A stretch of 64,000 nt of DNA from an uncultured Gemmatimonadaceae bacterium (lineage in GTDB: Bacteria; Gemmatimonadota; Gemmatimonadetes; Gemmatimonadales; Gemmatimonadaceae), in assembly GCA_963761305.1 (NCBI GenBank), contig CAVXGK010000001.1, positions 1,184,001 through 1,248,000 of the forward strand, read 5' to 3'. How positions within the stretch are numbered: the first letter of the stretch is position 1; each line of letters starts with the position of its first letter. Below are positions 18,978-27,542 of this stretch, piece after piece. Position numbers and translations under genes: made by a program. The notes beneath the pieces were generated by a model, which ran no database searches, was not told the DNA's origin, and saw only the letters and a program-made list of their open reading frames with translations.

Positions 18978-20069
18978 TTGCCCGTCCGACGCGCCAACGC
19001 CGTTCAATCGGCGCTCTTCGATCAGGAGACGCTTGGCCGCGCTCTGCCGATCGTCGGCGAGCAGAAGGACATCCGCTACATCGGGCTCACGTCACAGTCG
19101 GTGCTCAACGATCCCGACACGACCGGCATGGGCTTCTGGTCGCTCAATCCGTACGTCGGCTGCGCCTTCGGATGCGCGTATTGCTACGCGCGTTACACGC
19201 ATCGATGGGTGCTCGACCGACACGCGAAGGCGAATCCGGATCATGAGGACCTGCGCACCGCGCATGAGACGATGGCACCATGGCTGGCGTTCGAGCGGCG
19301 CATTTTCGTCAAGCAGAATGCCGCCGACGTGCTGCGACGCACGCTGCGACACGGCTCCGAGAAACATCTCGCGCTCATCGCCGGCGAGACGATCGTCATC
19401 GGCACGGCGACAGATCCCTTTCAGCCGGCCGAGCGACGTTATCGCGTGACGCGATCGATGCTCGAGGTCTTGGCCGAGCACGCCGGTCTTTCGATCTGCA
19501 TCATCACGAAGAGCCCGCTCATCACGCGCGACATCGATGTGCTCACGCGAATCGCGCGCAGCTCGACGCTCTCCGTGCATCTCTCCCTCATCTCGATCGA
19601 CCGCGATCTCGCCCGGCTTCTCGAGCCACGCGCGCCGACGCCCGATGCGCGCCTGCGCGCGCTCGCCCGGCTTCGCGCCGCGGGAATCGAGACAGGCATC
19701 AACGTCATGCCGGTGCTTCCGGCGATCACCGACGCGCCCGACGCGCTCGAGCGGCTCGTCCAAGCAGTGGCCGAGCGCGGCGCGTCGTACGTCAACGCGT
19801 GTCCGCTGCGTTTGCGATCATCGGCGCGAATGCGGTACCTGCCGTTCATCGAAAAGGAATTCCCGCATCTCGCGCGCAGATATCGGGCGACGTTCGCCAA
19901 CGATCACAAGGTGAGTGCCGAGTACACCGAGAGCTTGCGATCGCGCATGCGGGCGTTGTGCGAGACGTACGGCGTCGCGTACGGCTACTACGGGCGCGCG
20001 CCATATCGAGCGATCGAGGAGAAGCTGGCGAGCGACGATCAACTCGAACTTTCCGAGATGCTCGGCTGA
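18978..20069 (+). CDS. SPL-like radical SAM protein (Rv2578c/PA0069-type, DNA-damage associated); start uncertain
   Basis: SLNPYVGCAFGCAYCYAR (CxxxCxxC), GTATDPFQPAE, ITKS, LEPRAP. TTG 18978 chosen because the track start 18939 abuts the -10 element. Confidence 0.88.
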   Translation: MPVRRANAVQSALFDQETLGRALPIVGEQKDIRYIGLTSQSVLNDPDTTGMGFWSLNPYVGCAFGCAYCYARYTHRWVLDRHAKANPDHEDLRTAHETMAPWLAFERRIFVKQNAADVLRRTLRHGSEKHLALIAGETIVIGTATDPFQPAERRYRVTRSMLEVLAEHAGLSICIITKSPLITRDIDVLTRIARSSTLSVHLSLISIDRDLARLLEPRAPTPDARLRALARLRAAGIETGINVMPVLPAITDAPDALERLVQAVAERGASYVNACPLRLRSSARMRYLPFIEKEFPHLARRYRATFANDHKVSAEYTESLRSRMRALCETYGVAYGYYGRAPYRAIEEKLASDDQLELSEMLG

Positions 20070-20076
20070 GTCCTCG

Positions 20077-20493
20077 CTACGACACGTAGGCGTCGACGGG
20101 AACGAGCCGAAGCCCGGCGACGCGACGAAAGTCTCGTTGGTTCAAGGTCGCGAGCCCGTATCCTCGCGCCAGCGCCGCGGCGCCAATCAGCAGATCGTGC
20201 GGGCCGATCATCGCGCCTGTGTTGACGAGCTCCGCCCACAGCTCGGCATGTCGGCGAGCATCAGGCAGTCCAAATGAGAGCACGGGCACCGCGTCGAGGA
20301 TGGCTTCGACGAACGCCGATCGTCGCGCCCTTGTTCCGGGGTCGCGAGCACGATGACAGCCGTGAAGCAGTTCCGACGCAGTGATCACGCTGATTGCGAT
20401 CGGCTCGTCACCCAATGAATCGAGCAGCGCCTCGAAGCGAAACGTGCGGCGCTCGGCGGCGATGAGGACGGACGTGTCGAGAATTACTCCCAA
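20077..20493 (-). CDS. vapC: PIN-domain toxin
   Basis: ILDTSVLI, ITASEL, DLLIGAAA, TLNQRDF; TTG start overlaps the antitoxin end. Confidence 0.9.
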   Translation of the reverse strand: MGVILDTSVLIAAERRTFRFEALLDSLGDEPIAISVITASELLHGCHRARDPGTRARRSAFVEAILDAVPVLSFGLPDARRHAELWAELVNTGAMIGPHDLLIGAAALARGYGLATLNQRDFRRVAGLRLVPVDAYVS

Positions 20494-20774
20494 GGCGACC
20501 GAATCGGCGGAAGCCCATCGCGGCCAGTTTCGAGGTCGCGCGCGAAAGATTCGGCCTCGTCGGGGGAGAGTCGAGGCATCGAACGCCACCGTGCGGCCAG
20601 CTCTTTTGCCGAGAGTTGCTTCGCCGATCGCTCACTCTCGGTTGCTGGTACGAGGTACAGAGCGACCGCCTCACGGGCCATTTGGGATTTTGGAACGCCG
20701 AGTGCGCGCGCCTTTCGCGCGAGGGCACGAGCCAGCTCGGCAGGTAGGCGAAGCGTGAGGTGAGAGTCTTTCAT
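20484..20774 (-). CDS. Ribbon-helix-helix antitoxin (VapB-like)
   Basis: LTLRLPAEL...LGVPKSQMAREAV RHH pattern; SPWE C-terminus overlapping vapC. Confidence 0.82.
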   Translation of the reverse strand: MKDSHLTLRLPAELARALARKARALGVPKSQMAREAVALYLVPATESERSAKQLSAKELAARWRSMPRLSPDEAESFARDLETGRDGLPPIRSPWE

Positions 20775-20802
20775 GTGTTACAATGTAGTGCTTACGTAGT
20801 AC
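20775..20802 (-). promoter_or_regulatory. Putative -10 element and palindromic operator of the TA operon (leaderless mRNA)
   Basis: Minus-strand TACATT lies 7 nt before the ATG; TACA-A-TGTA palindrome overlaps it; no RBS visible. Confidence 0.5.
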
Positions 20803-20876
20803 GCCTGACCAGAGGGCCGCCGAGGTCGGCGAGAATCACGTTTCTGTTCCTCGACAGAAGGCTTGTGGATTTATTC

Positions 20877-20905
20877 TTGCTTTCGGTTTCTGTTCGGTAT
20901 AGTTT
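20877..20905 (+). promoter_or_regulatory. Sigma-70 promoter with candidate LexA (SOS) box upstream of imuA
   Basis: TTGC-[TTTCGGTTTCTGTTCGG]-TATAGTTT; TTTC-N7-GTTC, same arrangement as 18910-18938. Confidence 0.65.
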
Positions 20906-20925
20906 CTTCCCCCGATCAGAACCGA

Positions 20926-21633
20926 ATGTCTGCCTCCGTCGCCGCCCTCCGAGCTCTCATCCAGCAGCGTTTCCCCGACGCTGCCCCTCTCACAAGGGGG
21001 GATGGAGCGCAGGGCACAGACGGCGTCGCCACCGGCATCGCCGCACTCGACCGGCTGCTTCCCAACCACGGCCTTCCCCGCGGCCGGCTCTCTGCCTGGG
21101 CTCCATTTGGCGCCGCCAACGCGATTCTCCGCTCGGCGTGTCACGCCGTCGTCGCGGCGGGTGAACGGGCGGCCTGGATCGACACCGACAACACCGTCGC
21201 CGGTGCGTTCTGGTCGTGGAACTCGAGCAGCCTCTACCTCGTCCGACCCAAGTCGCGACTCGACGCCTTTCGGGCTGCCGACGAGCTCCTGCGGTCGGGC
21301 GGTTTTTCACTTCTCGTATTAACTGGCGCTGAACCACAGGGCACCGAGACCGTGCGGCTCACGCGCGCCGCGCGCGAAGGGGGCGCCGCGCTCGTCGCCG
21401 TCGGCACGTCGGCGTCGATGGCCAGCCTCCGTCTCACGTCGCGCCTGCTCCACTACCACTGGCGTCTCACGCCGTTCGGCGATCCCGCGGACGCCGAGCG
21501 CGCCGACGTTCGCATCGACGCGCGCTCCGCCGGATGGAACGCGCACACGACCTTTTCCCTCGCCGTGATGAATCATGAGCTACGTCTGTCTCTGGAGTCC
21601 GAGTTGGCCGACCGGCGCGGACTTCCCCGCTGA
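20926..21633 (+). CDS. imuA: ImuA-like RecA-related mutagenesis protein
   Basis: VATGIAALDRLLPNHGLPRGRLS, AAWID, ADELLRSGGFSLLVL; degenerate P-loop; first gene of the cassette. Confidence 0.85.
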   Translation: MSASVAALRALIQQRFPDAAPLTRGDGAQGTDGVATGIAALDRLLPNHGLPRGRLSAWAPFGAANAILRSACHAVVAAGERAAWIDTDNTVAGAFWSWNSSSLYLVRPKSRLDAFRAADELLRSGGFSLLVLTGAEPQGTETVRLTRAAREGGAALVAVGTSASMASLRLTSRLLHYHWRLTPFGDPADAERADVRIDARSAGWNAHTTFSLAVMNHELRLSLESELADRRGLPR

Positions 21634-22882
21634 TCTCGCCGCCGGATTTCTCGCCGTCGCTCCCCGCATCGCCGTCGGCGAGCGTGGCCTCGTGTGGGGC
21701 GACGCGCGCGGACTCATCGGCAGTCTCCTCGCCGACCAGATGCTCCGCGTCGCCGCCGACTACGGCTTCGACGACGCGCACGCCGGCGTCGCCGTCTCAC
21801 CCGTCGCCGCCGAAGTCGCGGCAACCGAGAGCACCACGCCGGTCGTCGTCGTGCGGCCGGGACAGGAACGCGCGTTCATCGCGCCGTATCCGCTGCGCGT
21901 GTTGTCGCCCGACGAACGCATCGCGCCGTTGCTCGAGGGGCTCGGCATCGAAACCTGCGGCGCGTTCGCCGCACTCGACGCCGAGGCGATCGAGGTCCGA
22001 CTCGGCGCCGACGGGATGAAGCTCTGGCACCGCGCTCGCACCGACGACGAACGCTGGCTCTTTCGAGTTCCCTTACGCGCGTTCCCGAATGCGTCGCTCG
22101 AGTGGGTGGAGTACGGACTCAAGGATCCCGAACGGTTGCTTTTCGTCATCAACTCGCTCGCCGGCACGGTCTGCACCGAGCTGGTCGCGCGCGGCGAGCG
22201 CGCGCGAGAGATGTCGATCATCTTCGCGCTCGGCAACCGCACGCATCGCACGCATCTGATTCGTTCGTCGCGGCCGAGCGCGGAACAAAAGCGGTGGATG
22301 CGTCTCGTGCGCGAGGCGCTCGACACCATCACGCTGCCCGATGCCGTGATGGGCGTGACGCTGCGCGTCGAGTCGGTCACCGGTAACAACGGCGCGCAGG
22401 GCGATCTCTTCGATCGCGGATTCGCCAGCGCGCCCGCCGTCGAGGACGCGATCATCCAGCTCACCGATGATCAGGGCGACGTCGTCGTGACGCCGGAGAA
22501 TTCGGAGCATCCGCTGCTCGAGCTGCGCACGACGTGGCGGACGCGGTCGGGTGAACCGGTGGACCGGCTGACCGGTGGACCGGAGGATCGGCAGACCGGT
22601 CTACCGAGTCTGACGCTTCAACTCCTCCCGACGCCAAAGACCGTCGCCGTCGACACGACGCCGCGGCGCGATCACATCGTGCCCGTGCGCTACCTCGACG
22701 ACAACGAGTGGCACGACATCGTCGAGGTCGCGGGCCCCGATCGCGTGTCGGGGGGTCAATGGAGCGACGCCTATTCGCGCGAGTATTTCCGCTGCGTGCG
22801 CGAGGACGGGATGATGGTGTGGCTGTTTCGCGGCGCGCAGCAGCAGGCGACCGACTGGTTCTTACATGGATGGTGGGACTAA
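21575..22882 (+). CDS. imuB: ImuB, catalytically inactive Y-family polymerase
   Basis: LEGLGIETCGAFAAL HhH-like motif, QGDLF clamp-binding-like motif, GPDRVSGGQW...REYF...WFLHGWWD C-terminus. Confidence 0.88.
   Translation: MSYVCLWSPSWPTGADFPADLAAGFLAVAPRIAVGERGLVWGDARGLIGSLLADQMLRVAADYGFDDAHAGVAVSPVAAEVAATESTTPVVVVRPGQERAFIAPYPLRVLSPDERIAPLLEGLGIETCGAFAALDAEAIEVRLGADGMKLWHRARTDDERWLFRVPLRAFPNASLEWVEYGLKDPERLLFVINSLAGTVCTELVARGERAREMSIIFALGNRTHRTHLIRSSRPSAEQKRWMRLVREALDTITLPDAVMGVTLRVESVTGNNGAQGDLFDRGFASAPAVEDAIIQLTDDQGDVVVTPENSEHPLLELRTTWRTRSGEPVDRLTGGPEDRQTGLPSLTLQLLPTPKTVAVDTTPRRDHIVPVRYLDDNEWHDIVEVAGPDRVSGGQWSDAYSREYFRCVREDGMMVWLFRGAQQQATDWFLHGWWD
22549..22606. repeat. Octamer array in frame inside the imuB linker
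   Basis: gggtgaac cggtggac cggctgac cggtggac cggaggat cggcagac cggtctac encodes GEPVDRLTGGPEDRQTGL. Confidence 0.8.
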
Positions 22883-22900
22883 AACGCGAGGATGAGAGCA

Positions 22901-23302
22901 ATGGAACGGTTGACGGGTTCATTCAAGGTGATGCATTGGGAGGAGCGTCCGTACGACGACGCCACGGGGATGCCGATGCTCGCGCACGCGACGGTGACGC
23001 ACGAGCTGACCGGCGACCTCGAAGGCGAAGCGTCGATCACGTATCTGCTGGCGTACGATTCCAACCCCGGAACCGGCGCTTCGTACGTCGGCCTCGCCCG
23101 CATCACGGGGCGGATCGGTGATCGCCACGGCACCTTCGTCGCCCGCGACACGGGCACGTTCGCGAACGGAATCGCCAAGAGCTGCTGGACCATCCTCCCC
23201 GGCCTCGCCACGGGTGCGCTCTGCGGCCTTCGCGGCGAAGGCCACTTCGCCGCCACCGACTCCGGCGCTTCGTATTCCTTCGATTATGAACTGCCAGCTT
23301 GA
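22901..23302 (+). CDS. DUF3224 family beta-barrel protein
   Basis: WEE...TGDLEGEA...YVGLARITGRIGDRHGTFV...ILPGLATGALCGLRGEG pattern. Start may be ATG 22892. Confidence 0.75.
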   Translation: MERLTGSFKVMHWEERPYDDATGMPMLAHATVTHELTGDLEGEASITYLLAYDSNPGTGASYVGLARITGRIGDRHGTFVARDTGTFANGIAKSCWTILPGLATGALCGLRGEGHFAATDSGASYSFDYELPA

Positions 23303-26300
23303 CCGTTTCGGTGTTCGTCGAGCTCAGAGCCCACAGCTGTTTCTCCTTCTCCGACGGCGCCATCTCCGCCGAAGCGCTCGCACGCCATGCCCGCGCGCTC
23401 GGCTACTCGCATCTCGGCATCACCGATACGGCGGATCTCGGCGGCCTCGCTCGCTTCGCCACCGAAGCGATGTCGCCGCTCAAGGATCCGACGTGCCCCG
23501 CCGCCGACGATCACGACGACACACCGTGCCGCGTCTGTCAGTATCCCGTGTGCCCGATCGTCGGCGCCGAGTTGAACATCGACGGTCATCCCGCCGCGTT
23601 TCTCGCGAAGAACGAAACCGGCTACTGCAATCTCGCCGCGCTCGTCACGCTCGCCCGCGTCGGCCAATGGTCGCAATGGAAAAGACCGATTCAAGCGAAA
23701 CGCCGCGGCCGTCCCAAGATCACCTGGGAGCAACTCGTCGCGCATTCCGACGGCCTTCACGCACTCACCGGTCCCGCGACAGGCGAGCTCTCGTCGCTCG
23801 TCCGCGCCGGAAAGACTCGCGCCGCCGAGCAATCACTTCGCCGTTGGCGCGACGTTTTTCACGAACGTCTGGCCATAGAAGTTCAGCTTCATCACACCGG
23901 CGGCCACGAAGCCGCGCTCGCAGCTGAGCTCATCGAGATCGCCGAGCAAGCCGAGCTTCCCTGGTTTGCGACGCAGGACCCGCGGTACGTCGACGAAGCG
24001 GGTCGCCTGGTGCACGACATGCTCACCGCGTTGCGCTACGATCTTTCGATCGACGAAGCCGCTGCGCGCGGCCTGCTGCATCCGAACGGCGAGTGGCGCC
24101 TCCTCTCGCCCCAGGCAATGGCTGAGCGTTGGCAGGGCCGAGAAGAAGGGCTTCGCGAGACGGTTCGCATCGCCGAGGAGTGCACGGGCTTCGTGCTCGA
24201 CTGGATGCGGCCTCCGCTGCCCGATTTTCGCAAAGCCAAGCTCGCGGCGCGACTCTCCGACGTCGACGACAACGTCGCGCTCCACCGCTGGACCGAAGAC
24301 GGGATGCGCGAACGCTGGACCGATCCGACGCCACAGCAATGCGCCCAGATCGACCACGAACTGCAGCTCATCGCGGGCCTCGGCTTCGCGGGCTTCTTTC
24401 TCGTGATGGCCGACGCCGTCCGCTACGCCCGGCACAAGGGCATCCTCTGCCAGGGCCGCGGCAGCGCCGCCAACTCGGCGGTCGCGTTCTGCCTCGGTAT
24501 CACGGCCGTCGATCCGGTGCAGCACGGTCTTCTCTTCGAGCGCTTTCTTTCCGAAGCGCGCGTCGACGGCAAGGCCGAGCCGCCGGACATCGACGTCGAC
24601 TTCGAGCACAATCGCCGCGAGGAAGTGCTCGACTACATGTACGACAACTACGACCGCCAGCACGCCGCGATCACCGCCGTCACGCAGTGCTTCCACGCGC
24701 CGACCGCCGTGCAGGACGCGATGCGCGCGCTCGGCTATCCGGCCGCGACGGCCTTGGAGATCTCGAAGCGCGTCCACGGCGACGAGCCGGCGACGTGCAT
24801 CGAGGCCGTGCGCGACGTCGCCGCGCGCCGCGAGGTCGACCTCGAGACTCCGCGCGGCCGGGCGTTGCTGATGGCGCTCGAGGCGTTTGACGGATTGGCG
24901 AGACTTCGGTCGACGCACGTCGGCGGATTCGTGCTGTCGGCCTCGCCGCTCGGCGACTACTTGCCCGTCGAGCAGACGACGATGGGCCGCACGATCGTCC
25001 AGTTCGACAAGGACGACCTCGACATGATCGGCGTGCCCAAGTTCGACTTCCTCGGACTCGGCGCGCTGTCGATGGTGCGGATCGCCTTCGACACGATCGA
25101 GCAGCACACGGGAGAGCGTCCGCGCATGTACCACATTCCAATGGACGACGCCAAGACCTATCAGCTCATCCAGACCGGCGAGACGATCGGCACGTTCCAG
25201 ATCGAGAGCCGAGCGCAGATCAATTCGATTTTACATACGGCGCCGGATCATCTGTACGACATCGTCGTGCAGGTGGCGCTCATCCGGCCCGGACCGATCC
25301 AGGCGAACTTCGTCCATCCATATACGGCGCGCCGGCTCGGCAAGGAGGCGGTGACGTTTCTGCATCCCGACCTCGAGGAGATCCTCGCCCGCACGCAGGG
25401 GATTCCGATCTTCCAGGAGCAGGCGATGGCGATCGCGATGAAGCTCGGCGGCTACACCGGCGCGCAGGCCGATGCGCTGCGCCGCACGATGGGCAATATC
25501 CGCAAGAAGGGCCGACTAGAATCCGCGCTCGTGGACATGCGGAAGGCCATGCTCGCCCGCGCGGCGTCTGGCGCGATCCGGCCGTTGAGCGACGAGACGG
25601 CGACGCGCATCTGCGACGACCTGGTGAGCTTCGCGAATTATGGATTTCCCGAATCACATGCCTGGAGCTTCGCGCTCATCGCGTACGTGACGACGTACCT
25701 CAAGGCGCACTACCCGACCGAGTTCTTCATCGGCGCGCTCAACGCGCAGCCGATGGGGTTCTATCCGGTGTCGACGCTCGTGCACGACGCGAAACGATTC
25801 GGCGTCGAGGTGCGTCCGCCGTGTCTTCTCCTCGGCAGTCGACAATGCACCTATGAGAATGGCGCGATGCGCATCGGGTGGCGCTTCGTGCGTGGCATCG
25901 GCGACACCATGCTCGACGCGTTGGACGCGGCGCGCACGGACGGTCCGTTCACGTCGATCCGCGACGTGGTGCGGCGAGCGAGGCTGGACCGCGACGACGT
26001 ATTGGCGTTCGCGCAAGCCGATGCGTTCGCCGCGTGGGCCACGGATCGCCGGCACGCCGCGTGGGAAGGACTGCACGCCAGCGGCGACGTCCTGCCGCTC
26101 GCGCCCGCCGTCGCGACGCCGCACGACCCGGTGCCGATTAGCCGAGACGAATTAGTGTTTCTCGACTACCACGCGGTGGGGATGAGCATCGCCGGGCATC
26201 CGATGGCGTCGGTGCGCGACAAGCTCGTGCGCGGCGGCGCGATCGACACGCGCGAGCTGATGAAGATGCCGAACGGCCGGAAGGTGACGATCGGCGGGCT

Positions 26301-26553
26301 GGTGACGGTGCGCCAGCGTCCGGCGACGGCGGGCGGGACGATCTTTCTGTTGTTGGAAGACGAGTGGGGCTACGCGAACATCGTCGTGCCTCAGCCACTC
26401 GTGGCGCCGAACGAGGAGGTGGTGAAGCGCGACCCTTTCGTGCTAGTGCAGGGGCGCGTGGAGAACGACGGCGCGGCGATCTCGATCGTGGGGCAGCGGT
26501 TCAAGACGCTGGACGTGGGCGCATTGACGCATCGAGCTCACGAGTTCCGCTGA
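23299..26553 (+). CDS. dnaE2: Error-prone DNA polymerase III alpha (DnaE2/ImuC)
   Basis: PHP domain HSCFSFSDGA, QGRGSAANS, PPDIDVDF, FQIESRAQ, YGFPESHA, RQRPATAGG, C-terminal RAHEFR tail; follows imuAB. Confidence 0.96.
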   Translation: MTVSVFVELRAHSCFSFSDGAISAEALARHARALGYSHLGITDTADLGGLARFATEAMSPLKDPTCPAADDHDDTPCRVCQYPVCPIVGAELNIDGHPAAFLAKNETGYCNLAALVTLARVGQWSQWKRPIQAKRRGRPKITWEQLVAHSDGLHALTGPATGELSSLVRAGKTRAAEQSLRRWRDVFHERLAIEVQLHHTGGHEAALAAELIEIAEQAELPWFATQDPRYVDEAGRLVHDMLTALRYDLSIDEAAARGLLHPNGEWRLLSPQAMAERWQGREEGLRETVRIAEECTGFVLDWMRPPLPDFRKAKLAARLSDVDDNVALHRWTEDGMRERWTDPTPQQCAQIDHELQLIAGLGFAGFFLVMADAVRYARHKGILCQGRGSAANSAVAFCLGITAVDPVQHGLLFERFLSEARVDGKAEPPDIDVDFEHNRREEVLDYMYDNYDRQHAAITAVTQCFHAPTAVQDAMRALGYPAATALEISKRVHGDEPATCIEAVRDVAARREVDLETPRGRALLMALEAFDGLARLRSTHVGGFVLSASPLGDYLPVEQTTMGRTIVQFDKDDLDMIGVPKFDFLGLGALSMVRIAFDTIEQHTGERPRMYHIPMDDAKTYQLIQTGETIGTFQIESRAQINSILHTAPDHLYDIVVQVALIRPGPIQANFVHPYTARRLGKEAVTFLHPDLEEILARTQGIPIFQEQAMAIAMKLGGYTGAQADALRRTMGNIRKKGRLESALVDMRKAMLARAASGAIRPLSDETATRICDDLVSFANYGFPESHAWSFALIAYVTTYLKAHYPTEFFIGALNAQPMGFYPVSTLVHDAKRFGVEVRPPCLLLGSRQCTYENGAMRIGWRFVRGIGDTMLDALDAARTDGPFTSIRDVVRRARLDRDDVLAFAQADAFAAWATDRRHAAWEGLHASGDVLPLAPAVATPHDPVPISRDELVFLDYHAVGMSIAGHPMASVRDKLVRGGAIDTRELMKMPNGRKVTIGGLVTVRQRPATAGGTIFLLLEDEWGYANIVVPQPLVAPNEEVVKRDPFVLVQGRVENDGAAISIVGQRFKTLDVGALTHRAHEFR

Positions 26554-27521
26554 AGCCCTCGTCCCTCACCACGCTCGCTCCGCAGCGTCCACAGCTGTCC
26601 CAGCTTCAAGTCCCACTCCTTCGGCTTGAAGTGCTGCATTCCGCCCGCCGGCGTGAAGGTGAGCTCGCTGAAATAGACCTTGCCGTCCACGTTGTACAGG
26701 TCGACGCGCACGAAGTCGAACTCCTCCGACAAACGGGATGCGACACGCATCATCTCGTCGAAGTTCGCCGGCTTGGCGATCGGCGGCCGGTCGAGGACGC
26801 GGCCGCTGGGCGTGAACTCGAGTGAATTCCAGTCGACGTCGTAGTACGGATTGATGGACTGCGCGACGTTGCCGACGCCGACCACGTGCGGCGCGCCGTG
26901 AAAGCACCAGAAGCGGTAGACCAGCGCTTCGCTCGCGTCGGCGTGCGAGAGATACTCTTCGACCATCAACCGGCGCGGAATGTGAAAGTACTGATACTCG
27001 CGCGCCTCCCAATAGAGATTCGTGGCGAGCCACGTGGAGGCCGAGCGTATCACTTCGTCGCGGTCGGGCGGGGTGTCCTTCACGATAATGATGAACCCCG
27101 AGCCGTGGCTGGCCTTGATCACGTAATTGGCCGGCAGCGAGTCGAATGGGATCCGCGCCGGGTCGGTGCCCTGCCAGAGCACCTTGACCAGGCATTGTTC
27201 GCCGATCTTCGCGGCGACGTACGACCGCACCGCGAGCTTGTCGGTGAGGCGCGTGAACTTGGGGTCGACGCGGCGGTTCCACCGCACCATGCGGCAATAC
27301 AGCTTCTCGGTGAAGGTGCGCGGGTTCTCCAGATCGAGGCGGTACCCGTGCATGCCGGCGAACCGGTTCAGCAAGATCCACTCGCCTTCGGACCGGCGCA
27401 GGGCTCGGCGTTTCGCATACCGAAGCCAGCGCAGTTCCGGCCGTTCCCGGGCGCGGTCCTTGGTCGCGCGCAACATGCTCAACGCCGAACCGATCAGACC
27501 TTGATGGTCGCTACGCAGCAT
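26538..27521 (-). CDS. TupA-like ATP-grasp protein
   Basis: NPRTFTEKL, DKLAVRSYV, VIKASHGSG, YRFWCFHG, FVRVDLY, FSELTFTP. Start may be ATG 27476. Confidence 0.88.
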   Translation of the reverse strand: MLRSDHQGLIGSALSMLRATKDRARERPELRWLRYAKRRALRRSEGEWILLNRFAGMHGYRLDLENPRTFTEKLYCRMVRWNRRVDPKFTRLTDKLAVRSYVAAKIGEQCLVKVLWQGTDPARIPFDSLPANYVIKASHGSGFIIIVKDTPPDRDEVIRSASTWLATNLYWEAREYQYFHIPRRLMVEEYLSHADASEALVYRFWCFHGAPHVVGVGNVAQSINPYYDVDWNSLEFTPSGRVLDRPPIAKPANFDEMMRVASRLSEEFDFVRVDLYNVDGKVYFSELTFTPAGGMQHFKPKEWDLKLGQLWTLRSERGEGRGLQRNS

Positions 27522-27542
27522 CGAGCCGCCCGGCGGAAGACG

